The translations under genes and the position numbers were made by a program. From NCBI GenBank assembly GCA_964019425.1, contig OZ025804.1, forward strand, positions 62,001-126,000: DNA of 64,000 nucleotides, read 5' to 3'. The DNA is from Flectonema sp. DT1601 (taxonomy: Eukaryota). The notes beneath the pieces were generated by a model. It saw only the letters and a program-made list of their open reading frames with translations. It made no database searches and had not been told where the DNA came from. Shown one piece after another: positions 33,881 through 45,160 of the stretch (position 1 is its first letter; every line of letters starts with the position of its first letter).

Positions 33881-35242
33881 TTATTGCGTTTTCTTGTCTG
33901 CCTCTTCTGCTTCCTGTTCTTCTTCCCTTGGTCTCAACTCCTCAGGGATAAAACAAGTCACGTAAATAGGTAAATGATAAGATACTGGAGACCACTTAAT
34001 ACAAAGGTTTATATCAATTACCCAGCGGTAGTAGTATCGCTGTCTGCAGTTAATCCCTGGAGGGGAATGAAGCTGGCAGACGTGTTGATCGAACGGAGCA
34101 ACACAAGAGACGCCGAGTGAATCTTTAGTGAGACGATATCCCTGAAGGATGTCAAACTTTTCAGAATGAAGTCTTTTGACCTGTCGATTCGGACCTTGAC
34201 CTTGTCTTGGTCCTTGAAAAGTCTCAATAAGCTCAAAAGACATATTTACTTTCTCATATTCAACAGGAATCCATTTTGATCTTCTCGGTTGCTCTACTCT
34301 AATTGCAAAAGGTGATCCCATTTCAATACGTTCCTTGTCAACTAAAAGTCTTAGATCTTGTAACCTTGAAATAAAGACAATGAAATACCCCGCTCTGATT
34401 CCCAACACTCCTCCTAATATATGAAATAAGAACCTCAATTCATTACCAGTAGGTGCTGTTCTATGACTCGCATAATGTTTCCAAGTGTAGTGTCCAGAAA
34501 TGTGCCATAAGAATACCATGAGAATACCAAACAATAAAGACGATGTAGATCTAATTCCATAATGGCTAGGTAAAAGGTACCATTGTTCTATCTCGTCAGG
34601 TGTTGCGTCAGTTAGAGTTAAATCACGTACTGTGGGTTCGTACTTTGCTGGTGGATCGGAACAACTTTTCCAATCATGTTCTAAAGCAAAATACCATCCA
34701 GTTGCGAATATAATAACAAACTCAAACAACAACCACCCATAAGGTGAAAATGAAATTTCTTGAATCAGAATCGAAAAACTTGGATCCTCAGGATCGACAA
34801 ATGCAAGAGATTTCTTTCCAGGTTTGTAGAATCCAATTATTCTGTTGATCTGAGATTCAGGTCTACCCGGGTGTTTCCTACCATAATAATATACCTGAGT
34901 AGATGTCATGTTTTGACCTCTAAATAAATAAGTATAGAAGATCACGGGTTTGTATTCATTATTCGACTTGTACAACGTACGTCGGTCACCAGATGCATCA
35001 CGTGATTCAGATTTGTGAATGTAGCATGGGACTCCTTCCCACTTCATAGCATTCGATTGATTTTCAATTAACTGCCATTGAAATCCCAATACAGGTCCTC
35101 CTGCTATGACTATCAATGCGATGACAAAACGAGCTATGCTGTGTCTGTCAACAGTTCCAGTTTTCTTCATCATTTTTGGTTTAGATTCCTCAACTGGTTC
35201 CTTAATCGAAACCTTCTTTTTAACATCGGTACTCGCAGCCAT
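33881..35242 (-). CDS. Multi-pass membrane protein with a DUF3592-like domain
   Basis: TM-W..V...I-Y.PVI.YTY...G-Y.PG.....VDPEDP...IL-TM pattern, plus two further TM segments. Confidence 0.65.
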   Translation of the reverse strand: MAASTDVKKKVSIKEPVEESKPKMMKKTGTVDRHSIARFVIALIVIAGGPVLGFQWQLIENQSNAMKWEGVPCYIHKSESRDASGDRRTLYKSNNEYKPVIFYTYLFRGQNMTSTQVYYYGRKHPGRPESQINRIIGFYKPGKKSLAFVDPEDPSFSILIQEISFSPYGWLLFEFVIIFATGWYFALEHDWKSCSDPPAKYEPTVRDLTLTDATPDEIEQWYLLPSHYGIRSTSSLLFGILMVFLWHISGHYTWKHYASHRTAPTGNELRFLFHILGGVLGIRAGYFIVFISRLQDLRLLVDKERIEMGSPFAIRVEQPRRSKWIPVEYEKVNMSFELIETFQGPRQGQGPNRQVKRLHSEKFDILQGYRLTKDSLGVSCVAPFDQHVCQLHSPPGINCRQRYYYRWVIDINLCIKWSPVSYHLPIYVTCFIPEELRPREEEQEAEEADKKTQ

Positions 35243-36604
35243 ATCACTCCGAAGAGAAGTTTTTTTTTTTTTAATTATTATTCACGTTGTAGATCCCTGA
35301 GACAAGAAAGAACTTAATTAGCAAATTTTAAAAAAAAAAAAAAAAAAAAAAAACTTTGAAAACTTCCAACGGAGGTTCCCCTTTGCATCCCTAACACCTA
35401 AACAATAAAAAGACATAACACACAATAAAAAAATCAAAAGCGAGTATCCTCTGAAAACGAAGCAAAGAAATCACCGACGAAGAAACTATTGAGTGGCAAG
35501 GGGAGGGAAAAGCTCATTTGAAGTTTTGTTTTAATATATTAAAAAGACTGAACCGGAGAGGGGACAAACACAGCAAAATAAATAAATAAATAAATAAAAC
35601 TACAGGAGGAAGAACTTGAACCGTAGAGTACAAGTTGTAATTACCTCATCGGAGGTCCAATACGGTTGTGGCACCTGCGGGAAGAGTCGGGAAGCACTGC
35701 GGCAATTCCCACACCTCGGCAAAGTACCTTTTCTAACTGATGCGGGTTCTCACAGATAGATTTTCACTTTTCTTGCTAAAATGCTTGAAAAGATTAATTA
35801 GTAACCGTCTTCAGAGTATTTCTAAAGAACCACCTCTATGACTCCTCTCCGGAACCATAAAAGAGAGTGAAGTGCCTTCACAGAAATTTATACTTTGCAA
35901 GCAATGCGCATAGAGCTATGCGATGAATGCAGGGGGTGATTACTCACTACGTTCAGAAATAATAATTAACTTTTTTTTTTTTTTTTTTTTGAAAAAAAAA
36001 ATATAACAAATAAAAATAAAAATAAAAAAAAAACTTACAATCACCTGTGTTAATTCTTTTTTTCTTTCAGCCTCAACGAAACGCATTTTTTATTTTTTAT
36101 TTTTTTCCTTTTTGTTTTTTTTTCTTTTTTTGTTTCCCCTCCTCCCCTAACTGATAACATTTCACTTCATTTTTCAACAGACACAACACGCACAACACAT
36201 CCTTTTCTCCAATTATTTTTCTTTTTTTTTTTTTCTTGCTTGTTTATTCCGTATCCGAAAAGTAAACGAAAGATAAATAGAAATATTAAAAGTAAAACAA
36301 CGACGACAACAACAACAAAAAAAAAAAAAAAAAAGGAAGTAAGAAAACCTATGCATTCAAGTTACTTACACACCAAACGAAAGGTTCCCTAAATAGGGGA
36401 TTCGGATAAGGTATTTTGACATTCGAAACGTGATATAGATAGATTCCGGGGTAGCAATCTTTTTTTTCTCCTCACCAATTATGTGCTCCGACTAAGAGCG
36501 GAGAATACATTCCATCAGACTTGTCATACAAGTCGTGCTATCCTCACGCAAGGGATGCGTTCAGTAAAAGAAGTTTAACCAGTCTTGACTTGGTTAATTC
36601 ACTT

Positions 36605-38112
36605 CTAGTCAGAACGACTCCTCAGCGGAAATTTCCCCGAAGAAGAATGCAACAACTGTCTCTTTGCCGCTCGCTCACACGCTTCCGCATATCCATCAAG
36701 ACGTTTAAGAAATGATAAAGTATTCTTATCACTACATCCAGGTGGAATTCTTCGCTCTGTTATGAATGGATGCTCCAGAAGAACATCCGCATTCGGACGA
36801 TCCTCCTTCTTTCTGAGAGTAGCTTTGTGAATAAAGTCCTTCAGGCGACTAGTGTCGGAATCACTGTTTTTATGTGGAGGTATGTAATGGTAAAAAAGAA
36901 AAACAATAATTACACAACAAAACGAGAAAGGAAATGCACATACGGTCCCTTAAGGTCACTGAGATCTATTTTCGCATCGCTGTTTACGACATTAAACATA
37001 ACTTCGTTGTACGTATCGGACCCTCTTGGTACTCTGTTGTGTATTGTTTTGTTAATGTTAATGAAATCGTAAAGAACTTAACTCATGAGGTAAACAAACC
37101 TTCCAAGAGCCAAATATGCGATAACAAAGCCTAGTGAGTAAACGTCTGAGTTGTACGAAAACTTATCAGTAACAATACGCTCAGGGGCCATCCAGCGGAA
37201 GGAACCAGTGCCCGAGAGAGCTTCTGAGTCTTTGTTCGTGAACGTGCAAATGCCAAAATCACCGATTTTAACTTCTCCATCACAACCAATGAGAATGTTA
37301 TCAGGTTTAATATCCTTGTGAATTATGTGTTGTATCCGCAACTCATACAGAGCATTCAAAACACGTTCCGCAATGAGTGCTGTATCTTCGGAAGGGATGG
37401 TAAGTTTTTTTCTTTTCAATTCATGCATACATTTCTCAACAGAACCATAATCCATGAACTCCATTAAGAAGTTTACAGTTCCATTTGTTCGACTGTAGTA
37501 GGCTTCATAGGTGCGTACAGCAAATCTTGGTTTTATAGTTTTAAGTCGTTCAAGCTCACTTCTTATAGCTTTTTTTGTATTATCACTGGAGGCTACGCTG
37601 ACAACTTTCAGTGCGAATGTTCCCAACTCTCGGTGGACACATCTTTTTACTTCACCGAATCCACCTCGTCCTATAGTCTCCATGATTACTAAATCTTTGT
37701 AGTGGATGTGGATGCGTTTTTCTTTTTCTTTATCTTTAGCTGGTTCTTTACCAATAGCAGGTGTGTCAGGCATTTTGGGTGTCAATACTTCATCATAATG
37801 AACTACTTCACTCGGTATTCGGGGAGAACACGTTGGTGAAGCTACTGATGTCACTGTCTGAGTTGAGGGAATGCTCTCCGCCGCAGTGACTTTAATGGGA
37901 GCCCTTTTCATCGGATCTGGTTCTATTCTCTCATTACCCATGACGAATGCTCCATCCTGGGTATCAATTTGAATTGGGGCCAGTGTCTGTGAAACGTCCG
38001 GCATGGCTTGCCCATTCCCAATAAGATGCACCGCCATGTGCACAGGAGGTTCTTTTATTGCAGGTTGCTCTGGCATAGCCAGAGGTGGTGGGGGGGTGGG
38101 ACCCCCCTTCAA
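36605..38112 (-). CDS. STE7/MAP2K-like protein kinase with two cis-introns (37034-37099, 36864-36943)
   Basis: GRGGFG, ALK, HKDIKPDN, DFG, WMAPER and DVYSLG motifs. Removing two GT..AG introns restores the frame to LKDFIHKATLRKKEDRPNADVLLEHPFI (subdomain XI), stop at 36605. Start uncertain. Confidence 0.85.
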
Positions 38113-39675
38113 CCAATTTTTCAGTTTCTTATGTATTTTCGTGTTGGCAAAGATCCTGTTTCAATGAATAATAATAATAATAAGTATAATTAAATTGAAC
38201 TCCCTTAACACGCTTTTTTAAAGTTCTAAAAATCATTTTATTATAATCCTGTTTTGGAGGAAAAGGAATTGTAAAAAAACAAACGGAAAGGGGTAAATTA
38301 TCTCTTTTGAGGAAGACGGGAAAATAATTTAAGCATATTTATAAAGAGGGGGGGAAAAGGGGGGGGTGAAACTTTGACAGTATAAAAACAGTAACAACTT
38401 TAGGTATTAATACAAAATTAATATCAAGTACTTGACTGGAAAATATTTGTAGTTGTTAATCAAAGAAGGAAAAGGGGGGTAATTTGATACTCTGTATCAA
38501 GTGCAAGGAACAGCAATCTCTCGGACATTCTTGACTGTCAGCGGCAGCGTAGTAAACGGGGAGTACCTTCTTACTACGTATAAATATAAAGCAACTTGAA
38601 ACTGGCTAAAACGAACACAAGGTTCGACCAAACTTAGTTGCAATGAAAAGAAACCAACAGTTGGCATCGAAAAAATCCCATCAATGCTGCCGAATTTGGG
38701 GATTCGGGGCCCACGTACTACAGATTAAGCGTCCCATGCCCTGTAGCCCGGTGCAGCTTTAAATTAGTATTTCTTTACACACTTCAAAATCAAACAAATA
38801 TGGAAAACTTGGGAAAGAAAAACTATTTTTTGCGAAAATAAAAAAAAAATTAAAAAATTAGAAACATTTCGGTTGGGACTGCATTCTTAAGCTCAAAGGA
38901 ACAACAATTTCTCCGACAATCTTGACTGTCAGAGGCAGCGTAGTAAATGACTGCAAATAAATAAATAATACCACTGGAGGCCGTTAAACTTTGACAACAT
39001 AAAAACAGTAACAACTTTAGGTATTAATACAAAATTAATATCAAGTACTTGGTTGGGGAGGGGGGAGAAAAAATAAATTTAACAGCAGTCTCCTTTTTAT
39101 TTATTTTGAATAGAAACACTCGGTGAGTTAAGGCGCCCAATAGCGACTATCAGCGTTATTTGTTGGTCTTTATCCTTTCTTTTTTTTTTTTTTTTTTTCC
39201 ATCTTGAAGACATGTTTTACGAGCGAAAGAGAACCGTGGCAGTGTAACTTCAACACCCTTACTTTATAGGCTTGTTTCCGGTTGCGCACAAACAAAAACA
39301 AAGTGAGAATTATTTAGTGAGGTGCCGATTATTTTTCTTTTGCATTCGGCAAGTATTGCAAAAGCTAAGAATAATCTTGGGCAGCACACGTGTATCTCCT
39401 TTAGCTCTATTTAATTTGGTTCATGGTTTCGTGCACAAACAAAACAGTAACAGTGTTATATTACTATTACTTGTGTAGTTTATACCGAAGTTAATTCTTT
39501 TATTTTTTTTTTCTGACCAATTTCACTACGTAAACAAAACACAAGGGATTATATGCGACTCTTATCAAAGCGGTTGCATAAAGGGGAGAATGAATAGTTG
39601 TGCGCAACACTTTAATTGAAGTGCTTATCAGAAGGTTAGTGAGGGAATATACAACTATACATTAATAATGGGAGT

Positions 39676-40323
39676 TTACTTTACACAGTGCGCGACGGCC
39701 CTTGCCACGACTGCTGCAGCGTTTCTCGCTGCCTCGTCAACCTTCTTCTGGGCCTCTGCTTGCTTCTCTAAAACCTTTGCCCTGGCCTCAGCCATTTTCT
39801 CTTCAGAGAGTCTTTTGGCTGCAGCGATGAGTCTCGCTTTCTTTGCACGAAGTTCAGCTTCCTCATCATTATCTTTTGTTTTGTGCTTCTTCCCGCCAGC
39901 GCCACTGGTATCAGCCTTCCTCTTTGCTGCGTCTTTCTTCTTGGTTTCAGCCTTTTTCTCGGCTTCAGCCTTCTTCTTGGCTTCGGCCTTCTTCTTAGCA
40001 GCCTCCTTCGCCTTCTTGGCGTCCTTCTCCTCCTCCTCAGCGAGCTTCTTCGCCTTCTTTTTCTTGGCTGCTGCGTCCTTTTGCTTTTTCTCGGCTTTCT
40101 CCTCCTTTCTCTCCTTCTCCGCAGCAGCTTTCTCCTCTCTCTTTTCTTTCTCTTCCTCTTTGAACTCCTTCAAGGCAGAAGCAATCTGTTGTTTGGTAGT
40201 AGGCTTCTTCTCCCTCTTAACCTTCTCGGGGGCATCGATCAAGAAGGTTTCGGCGACATTCTTCTTGCGGAGAGGGACGATCACCTTCTTTGGGGAGGAC
40301 TTGGATCCCTTCTTGGCGGCCAT
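39676..40323 (-). CDS. Dispersed paralog of the H1-like basic protein with a distinct C-terminal extension
   Basis: MAAKKGSKSSPKKVIVPLR...FLIDAPEKVKREKK shared with the array. Lacks the terminal SPKK repeats. Confidence 0.8.
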   Translation of the reverse strand: MAAKKGSKSSPKKVIVPLRKKNVAETFLIDAPEKVKREKKPTTKQQIASALKEFKEEEKEKREEKAAAEKERKEEKAEKKQKDAAAKKKKAKKLAEEEEKDAKKAKEAAKKKAEAKKKAEAEKKAETKKKDAAKRKADTSGAGGKKHKTKDNDEEAELRAKKARLIAAAKRLSEEKMAEARAKVLEKQAEAQKKVDEAARNAAAVVARAVAHCVK

Positions 40324-41060
40324 GATTATTATTCGCTGCTAAGAAAGGGAACGGAATTATTAATGACATGTCAACTCACCGTCCGGTTGTTGCTTTCTCA
40401 TGACACTCCAAGATGGTCATCATGCGAAAACTCGAAAATGAGACCTTCTTGGGGCAATCATCGATGGCCGTGAACTCCTTTCCTCTCAAGAAGGTACATT
40501 TATATTTGCAGATCTTTTTTCTTTTCTAAACATTGTACCTCGGAGTGTTCATTTTATACCGACGCGATTCCATCTTACTTTATACTAAGAAGTTTAATTT
40601 TGTAAAAACTGGGACGAACATCAAAGCAGATGGGTGTTATCTTTTCCCTTACTCAAATCAAACTCATTTTCTTACCTTTTTTTGTTTTTTTTCATTTTTT
40701 TTGTTCTTTTTTTAAAGGGAAATAGGGAAGCTGAAATCACAAAAAGAACAAACCAAATACGATTATTTTTTTCCTTCTTTATCTCTTTTTTTTTTCTCCT
40801 CCCCTCACCTATTTTTCTTGTTTCCTTGACAGAGCCGAACCCTCCGAAAAAAATTAAACAAGGTGGCAGGGTTGTTCTTTTTTTTTTTTTTTTTTTTTTG
40901 GAAGTGTTATTACCATCCAAAAAAAAAAAAAGAATAAAAACGTTGAGAAGGAAGTAGTCTAAAGTTGATACCAGGCTAGATTACCAGTACTCATTAAAGC
41001 TACTTAGAAAAGCTCCGTGCGGTGTACTGGTTATTGAGGTATTGAAATTTTCTTTACATT

Positions 41061-41094
<34 letters not shown>

Positions 41095-41147
41095 CCCCTT
41101 TTCTTTTTTTCGATGAAATAACGAAAAAGAAAAACTCACAAGTCACT

Positions 41148-42074
41148 TCATTGACTGCTAAGTATCGCAACAGCGTCTTCTATAGACCCACCGCACTGCT
41201 GAAGGGCTGCTCGTGAGGGTCCTTCGCCAAAGCCCATTGCTACAAGCTGTTGTACAGTGGCGTCAGAAACCAAGGATTGAGAATTATCGGGTTGACTACT
41301 ACCCATGAGGGATTGTTGGATAGCTGCTTGAAGCTCTGGGTCAGCAACGCGATTCCGATGACGGACACCTCCAAAACTCCTGCCATCAGGTAATAGTTGA
41401 TCTTGATAAGGGCCATCTGCAAGTGACTGACCATGTAATTCAGCCATTATCTCTCCCGGAGTTAACCCCGGAGATGGAATTGGATCAAACCAACTAGTTA
41501 ATGAAGTCAATGTTGATACCACAAGCTTGGGCAATTTCATTGATTGAAAAGGCAATTTAGTTGAAGATGCAATTAGACCTCCAATTAATCCGATCAGAGC
41601 AGACGCCCATGAACCAGTTATAAAAAAATAATAAAGTGCAATTACGTATACATGAAATTTCTCAGACACCATTGATTGGGATGCAGGAATTTCCATAAAA
41701 TACTGAACCAGCATAGACGCCAAAATTGGATGTGGACCACAGCGGACGTACCGAAGGCTATGCGTAAGTGTTAATTTATAAAGCAACAAGTGAAGAATCA
41801 ATGAAATACTACTCGACATAACGAGGTATGCTCCAAATTTCCTTGATCCTTTGATTTTCTCAAGATACCGCATAGTTATAAACAATGAACTTCCAGTCAT
41901 TAATTCCACAAAACCATTATAACACCATGGTAAACTAACAACCATTCCAGTGACATCACTAATCTGTTCTAAGTCACCCCTTCTCATATCCATCTTAAAC
42001 ATAGCAGACCCAGCAACCGTAAACAAAATCAACGCTTTCGTTACGGGAACGGCCACTAACGCCTTGCCCGCCAT
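41148..42074 (-). CDS. Rhomboid-like pseudoprotease with a C-terminal UBA domain (UBAC2/Dsc2-like)
   Basis: PVTKAL, R.LE...GSRKF, GP, SEK...Y, several TM segments, and a UBA domain (VQQLVAMGFGEGPSRAALQQCGGSIEDAVAIL). Confidence 0.85.
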   Translation of the reverse strand: MAGKALVAVPVTKALILFTVAGSAMFKMDMRRGDLEQISDVTGMVVSLPWCYNGFVELMTGSSLFITMRYLEKIKGSRKFGAYLVMSSSISLILHLLLYKLTLTHSLRYVRCGPHPILASMLVQYFMEIPASQSMVSEKFHVYVIALYYFFITGSWASALIGLIGGLIASSTKLPFQSMKLPKLVVSTLTSLTSWFDPIPSPGLTPGEIMAELHGQSLADGPYQDQLLPDGRSFGGVRHRNRVADPELQAAIQQSLMGSSQPDNSQSLVSDATVQQLVAMGFGEGPSRAALQQCGGSIEDAVAILSSQ

Positions 42075-43011
42075 TATAAGTTAGTTCCTGGAAAGAAATA
42101 TAATGAGAATTCACAATACGCAAGGACAGAGGCTTTGTATACAAAGAACAATGTTTTTGAGAATGTATCAAGGCAAGCTTTCAATAATTTTTATGTCATC
42201 CGCAATCAGTGTGCCAGGCTCCGATTTGAACTTCCAGGTGGTTGCCTTCGTTTCAGGCGGGTGGTAAACATTGTGAATTGTCAATGGCGGATTAAATTAA
42301 AGTACTACTGTTAATATCTCAGTTTGGTCACGTGAGATGAAGCCTGAAGTAGTTGCAGGAAACATGGTTAACAAACACTTCACCATCGAAGGCTGTTCAA
42401 TCTACAGAAGTCAACCTGAAATAATTTAAATAAGATTATATTAAAACACCTTGATTCCTCTTTTTAGTGCCCAGTTCAATCGAAAGTAATTTTCTGGTTT
42501 TATAACTGAGCGAATGTTATTTAACCAAATCACAATGATTGCCCAGTGTTGCTCCTGTTGGTCACACTTGTGTTCACCAAGACTATTCTCGATTCGTTTC
42601 ACCAATTCGACCAATGACGTGATGACTGTGGCCACTTCGTTGCCTCCACCGGAGTTGCAACTATGCCAGTTATTTGTGAGATCTCACCTACATGCCGTTG
42701 ACTTTTTTCTGCAAACGATCAAGGGTTTCATTTGTCTTTTCCCTCAAACTGTTCACGCTGCCTTCTACAACTTGAACTTCGACCGTTGGTTTCTTCTTGC
42801 CGGAGAGTCTGTTAGCCTGCTGCGCAGGACGTCCTGGCTTCTCGGTATCGGGTTTTACTACTATTTTTTTTTTTCGGTTTCGCTTCTAACTTTTTCCATT
42901 AGAATGAGGACATCACCATTGGACAAATATTCTTTCTTTGTTTTGATAACTTAAAACTAATACTACAGAATTAATTGTCTACTTAGACGTCTTCGGATGT
43001 GTTGCAATGAT

Positions 43012-43234
43012 ACTTTTTTTTAAAGTTGAGCGTCCCATGCTTTGCAGTCCAGTTACGACAGATGTAAATTTCATTTCTTTTGTCTTTAGTTATCGTAATT
43101 TTTTTAAATCTGTATCTAGCTCACAAAATTTTTATCAGGAGAAAAATTGCGCTCACCAGGAATCGAACCTGGACCGAGCTAACAACCCCTCATGCGATGG
43201 GTGTACGCTCTTGCTACCTTTACACCATGAGCGC
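43012..43234 (-). mobile_element. Putative tRNA-derived SINE: tRNA-like head + LINE-derived 3' tail + poly(A)
   Basis: Head at 43148-43234. Tail 43022-43105 matches the LINE 3' end at 20160-20245. T run at 43012-43021. Confidence 0.55.
43148..43234 (-). tRNA. tRNA-like sequence (Gly-related) with a non-canonical anticodon/variable region; possible pseudogene or SINE head
   Basis: Perfect acceptor stem GCGCTCA/TGAGCGC+A, A-box TGGTGTAAAGG, T-arm CCAGG-TTCGATT-CCTGG, then ATTTTT. The anticodon arm cannot be folded canonically. Confidence 0.6.
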
Positions 43235-43249
43235 TTATTTTTCTCCCGA

Positions 43250-45153
43250 TTTTTTTTTTTTTTTTTTTTTTTGGTTACACTCGTCTGTGCTTCCAGACTC
43301 TTTGTTTTTGTTCTTTTCACTTCTTTGTTTTGTCTTTCTTTTATAATTTCTTTTGGTTTAAGTCTGACAAATTGGAAAACACGGGAAACATAGGTAGGCT
43401 CCGCCTGAGGACGTAAGAAGAGCGGCAACGGAAAAATAAATGGTCACGCGTCCTTGAAATTGGACACATGAAGCTAATTCGGTCACCATTCCTACCATCG
43501 ATAAGGAAAAACAAAGAATCGAGCATATAACTAGAGCGGTGGTCAAAGACCACTTGAACAGCCCGAAGGCCTGCCCTCAAGAGAAATTTATAAGGAGAAT
43601 AGGAGAAGAAGGAGACAGGAGTGTTGGAAGAGACACTGCGACAACACCGAAGGTGATGTGCAGTTACCCAACCAGGAGATGATTGATAATGATGAAAATA
43701 CTAAAAATAATAACAAATTGATATTGGCGACTACATGTCACCTACAACATTACTTCCAAAGTCTAAGGTTAGATGTCTGTTCCATCCACCTTATGATCAA
43801 CGCGAGTGATGGAAGCCACGCCAAAGTGAAGAGAGCTTCAAGGTTAGGAATTTCGTTGGCAATAATAAGTTCCCGGTCGCGATCCCACTTGCCGGTCAGT
43901 GTTGAGAAGCCCAGGATTTTGAACCTGGCCGAATCGAGTTTGGGAGATTGACATCCCTGCAGCAGGTGAACCTGTGAGGACGGTTCGCCACAAAATGGGC
44001 AGTCGATCGTCTTGCGCCAGTTCTGAATTAGCGGGTGACATCCTGTCCGGAAGTTCGCTATCCGTATCTCGTCGGCTCTTTCCATCCCAGGAGGGTATTT
44101 AACGGAACGGCCTCCGATGAGGTGCTTATAGCAAGTGTAACCACTCACGTTAAGAAGATCTTTTTTGATGCAGCGCTTAACATGAGATGATCGCGAGAAG
44201 TACGTGCCTTTGACTAGCACAGGACGGATGTTCTTGTTGTGTGCTGCTTCCTTTGCAAGCGCATCAACTTCATCGTGAAATCCGATTCCAATGTGCGAGG
44301 GGATGAATTGCAGATGCACTTTCATTTCACACATGCGCAGGTATTCCAGTATCTTCAAGGACTCAGTGTTCTTCTGTCTGCACCTTCCACCCAGCAGTTC
44401 ATCCAGAAGGGATTTTGAGTCCGTGAATATCCTCACAGATTTCATTGAAGTATCTTTGCTAAACACTGTTCTCAGATGTCTAGCCGCGTTCTTCAGAGCA
44501 TGTTGTTCAGCCCTGTAGCTGCAGTCAGCTTGATAAAGCCTAGACGCGTAAGCAGATCGAAGGCCGCTACGTGACTTGGCAATATGAGCCGCACCGGCCG
44601 CGCCGGAAGCAGAGTAGGAGCCATCGCAGTTGATTACCATGTCGACAGGAGGCAACGTTCCAATGTACGACATGAACTTTTCTTTGTCCACCGCAGGGTT
44701 CGCGGACTTCGGAAATCCGCAGCTGTTGCTAATCCTAAGGTTCGTCGGAGATACCCAGGGTTCCATCGAGTCAGGCTGCACAAGGCACTGGCTTTCTCGC
44801 TGACTATCAGTGCCAGGGATTAGGCCAGCCCAGTAGCTTTGTGTTGAGGCGAGTCTGTTTGTATTAGGTATCCAAGTCATGGCTTTATACCTGTAGTACG
44901 CAATTTTTGTCTGCTTTTCAATCTGACGTTTAAAAGGATACATGTCAGACTCCCACAACAGTAACTCTCTTGGCGTACACTTGCTGCATCCAGTAACCAG
45001 TCTGGCGACCTTCCTCAGTTCGAAGTCGATGCTGTCAACGCTGCTGCTTATCAGCCAACCAAAACTGTCAAGCGCATATGAGATTCTTGCGGTTACATAA
45101 AGGTTCTTAACCATGTTAAGAGTCTTGTAGTCCAGTTCGTACGGCTGGAGGCA
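43250..45153 (-). mobile_element. ingi/I-like LINE (family A), 5'-truncated tandem copy 1: RNase H, zinc knuckle, ~480-nt 3' UTR, poly(A)
   Basis: VINCDGS, SYRAEQHAL, IFTDSKS, FIPSHIGI...DALAK, CPFC..H...C. Poly(T) at 43250-43271. Confidence 0.9.
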
Positions 45154-45160
45154 CTCCCGA

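Noticed and set aside
35636..35770. GC-richer island starting ATTACCTCATCGG, considered as U1 or another snRNA
   Set aside because: No full ACTTACCT 5' end and no convincing U1 loops or Sm site. It could equally be a minus-strand splice donor (GAG|GTAATT) of a non-coding exon.
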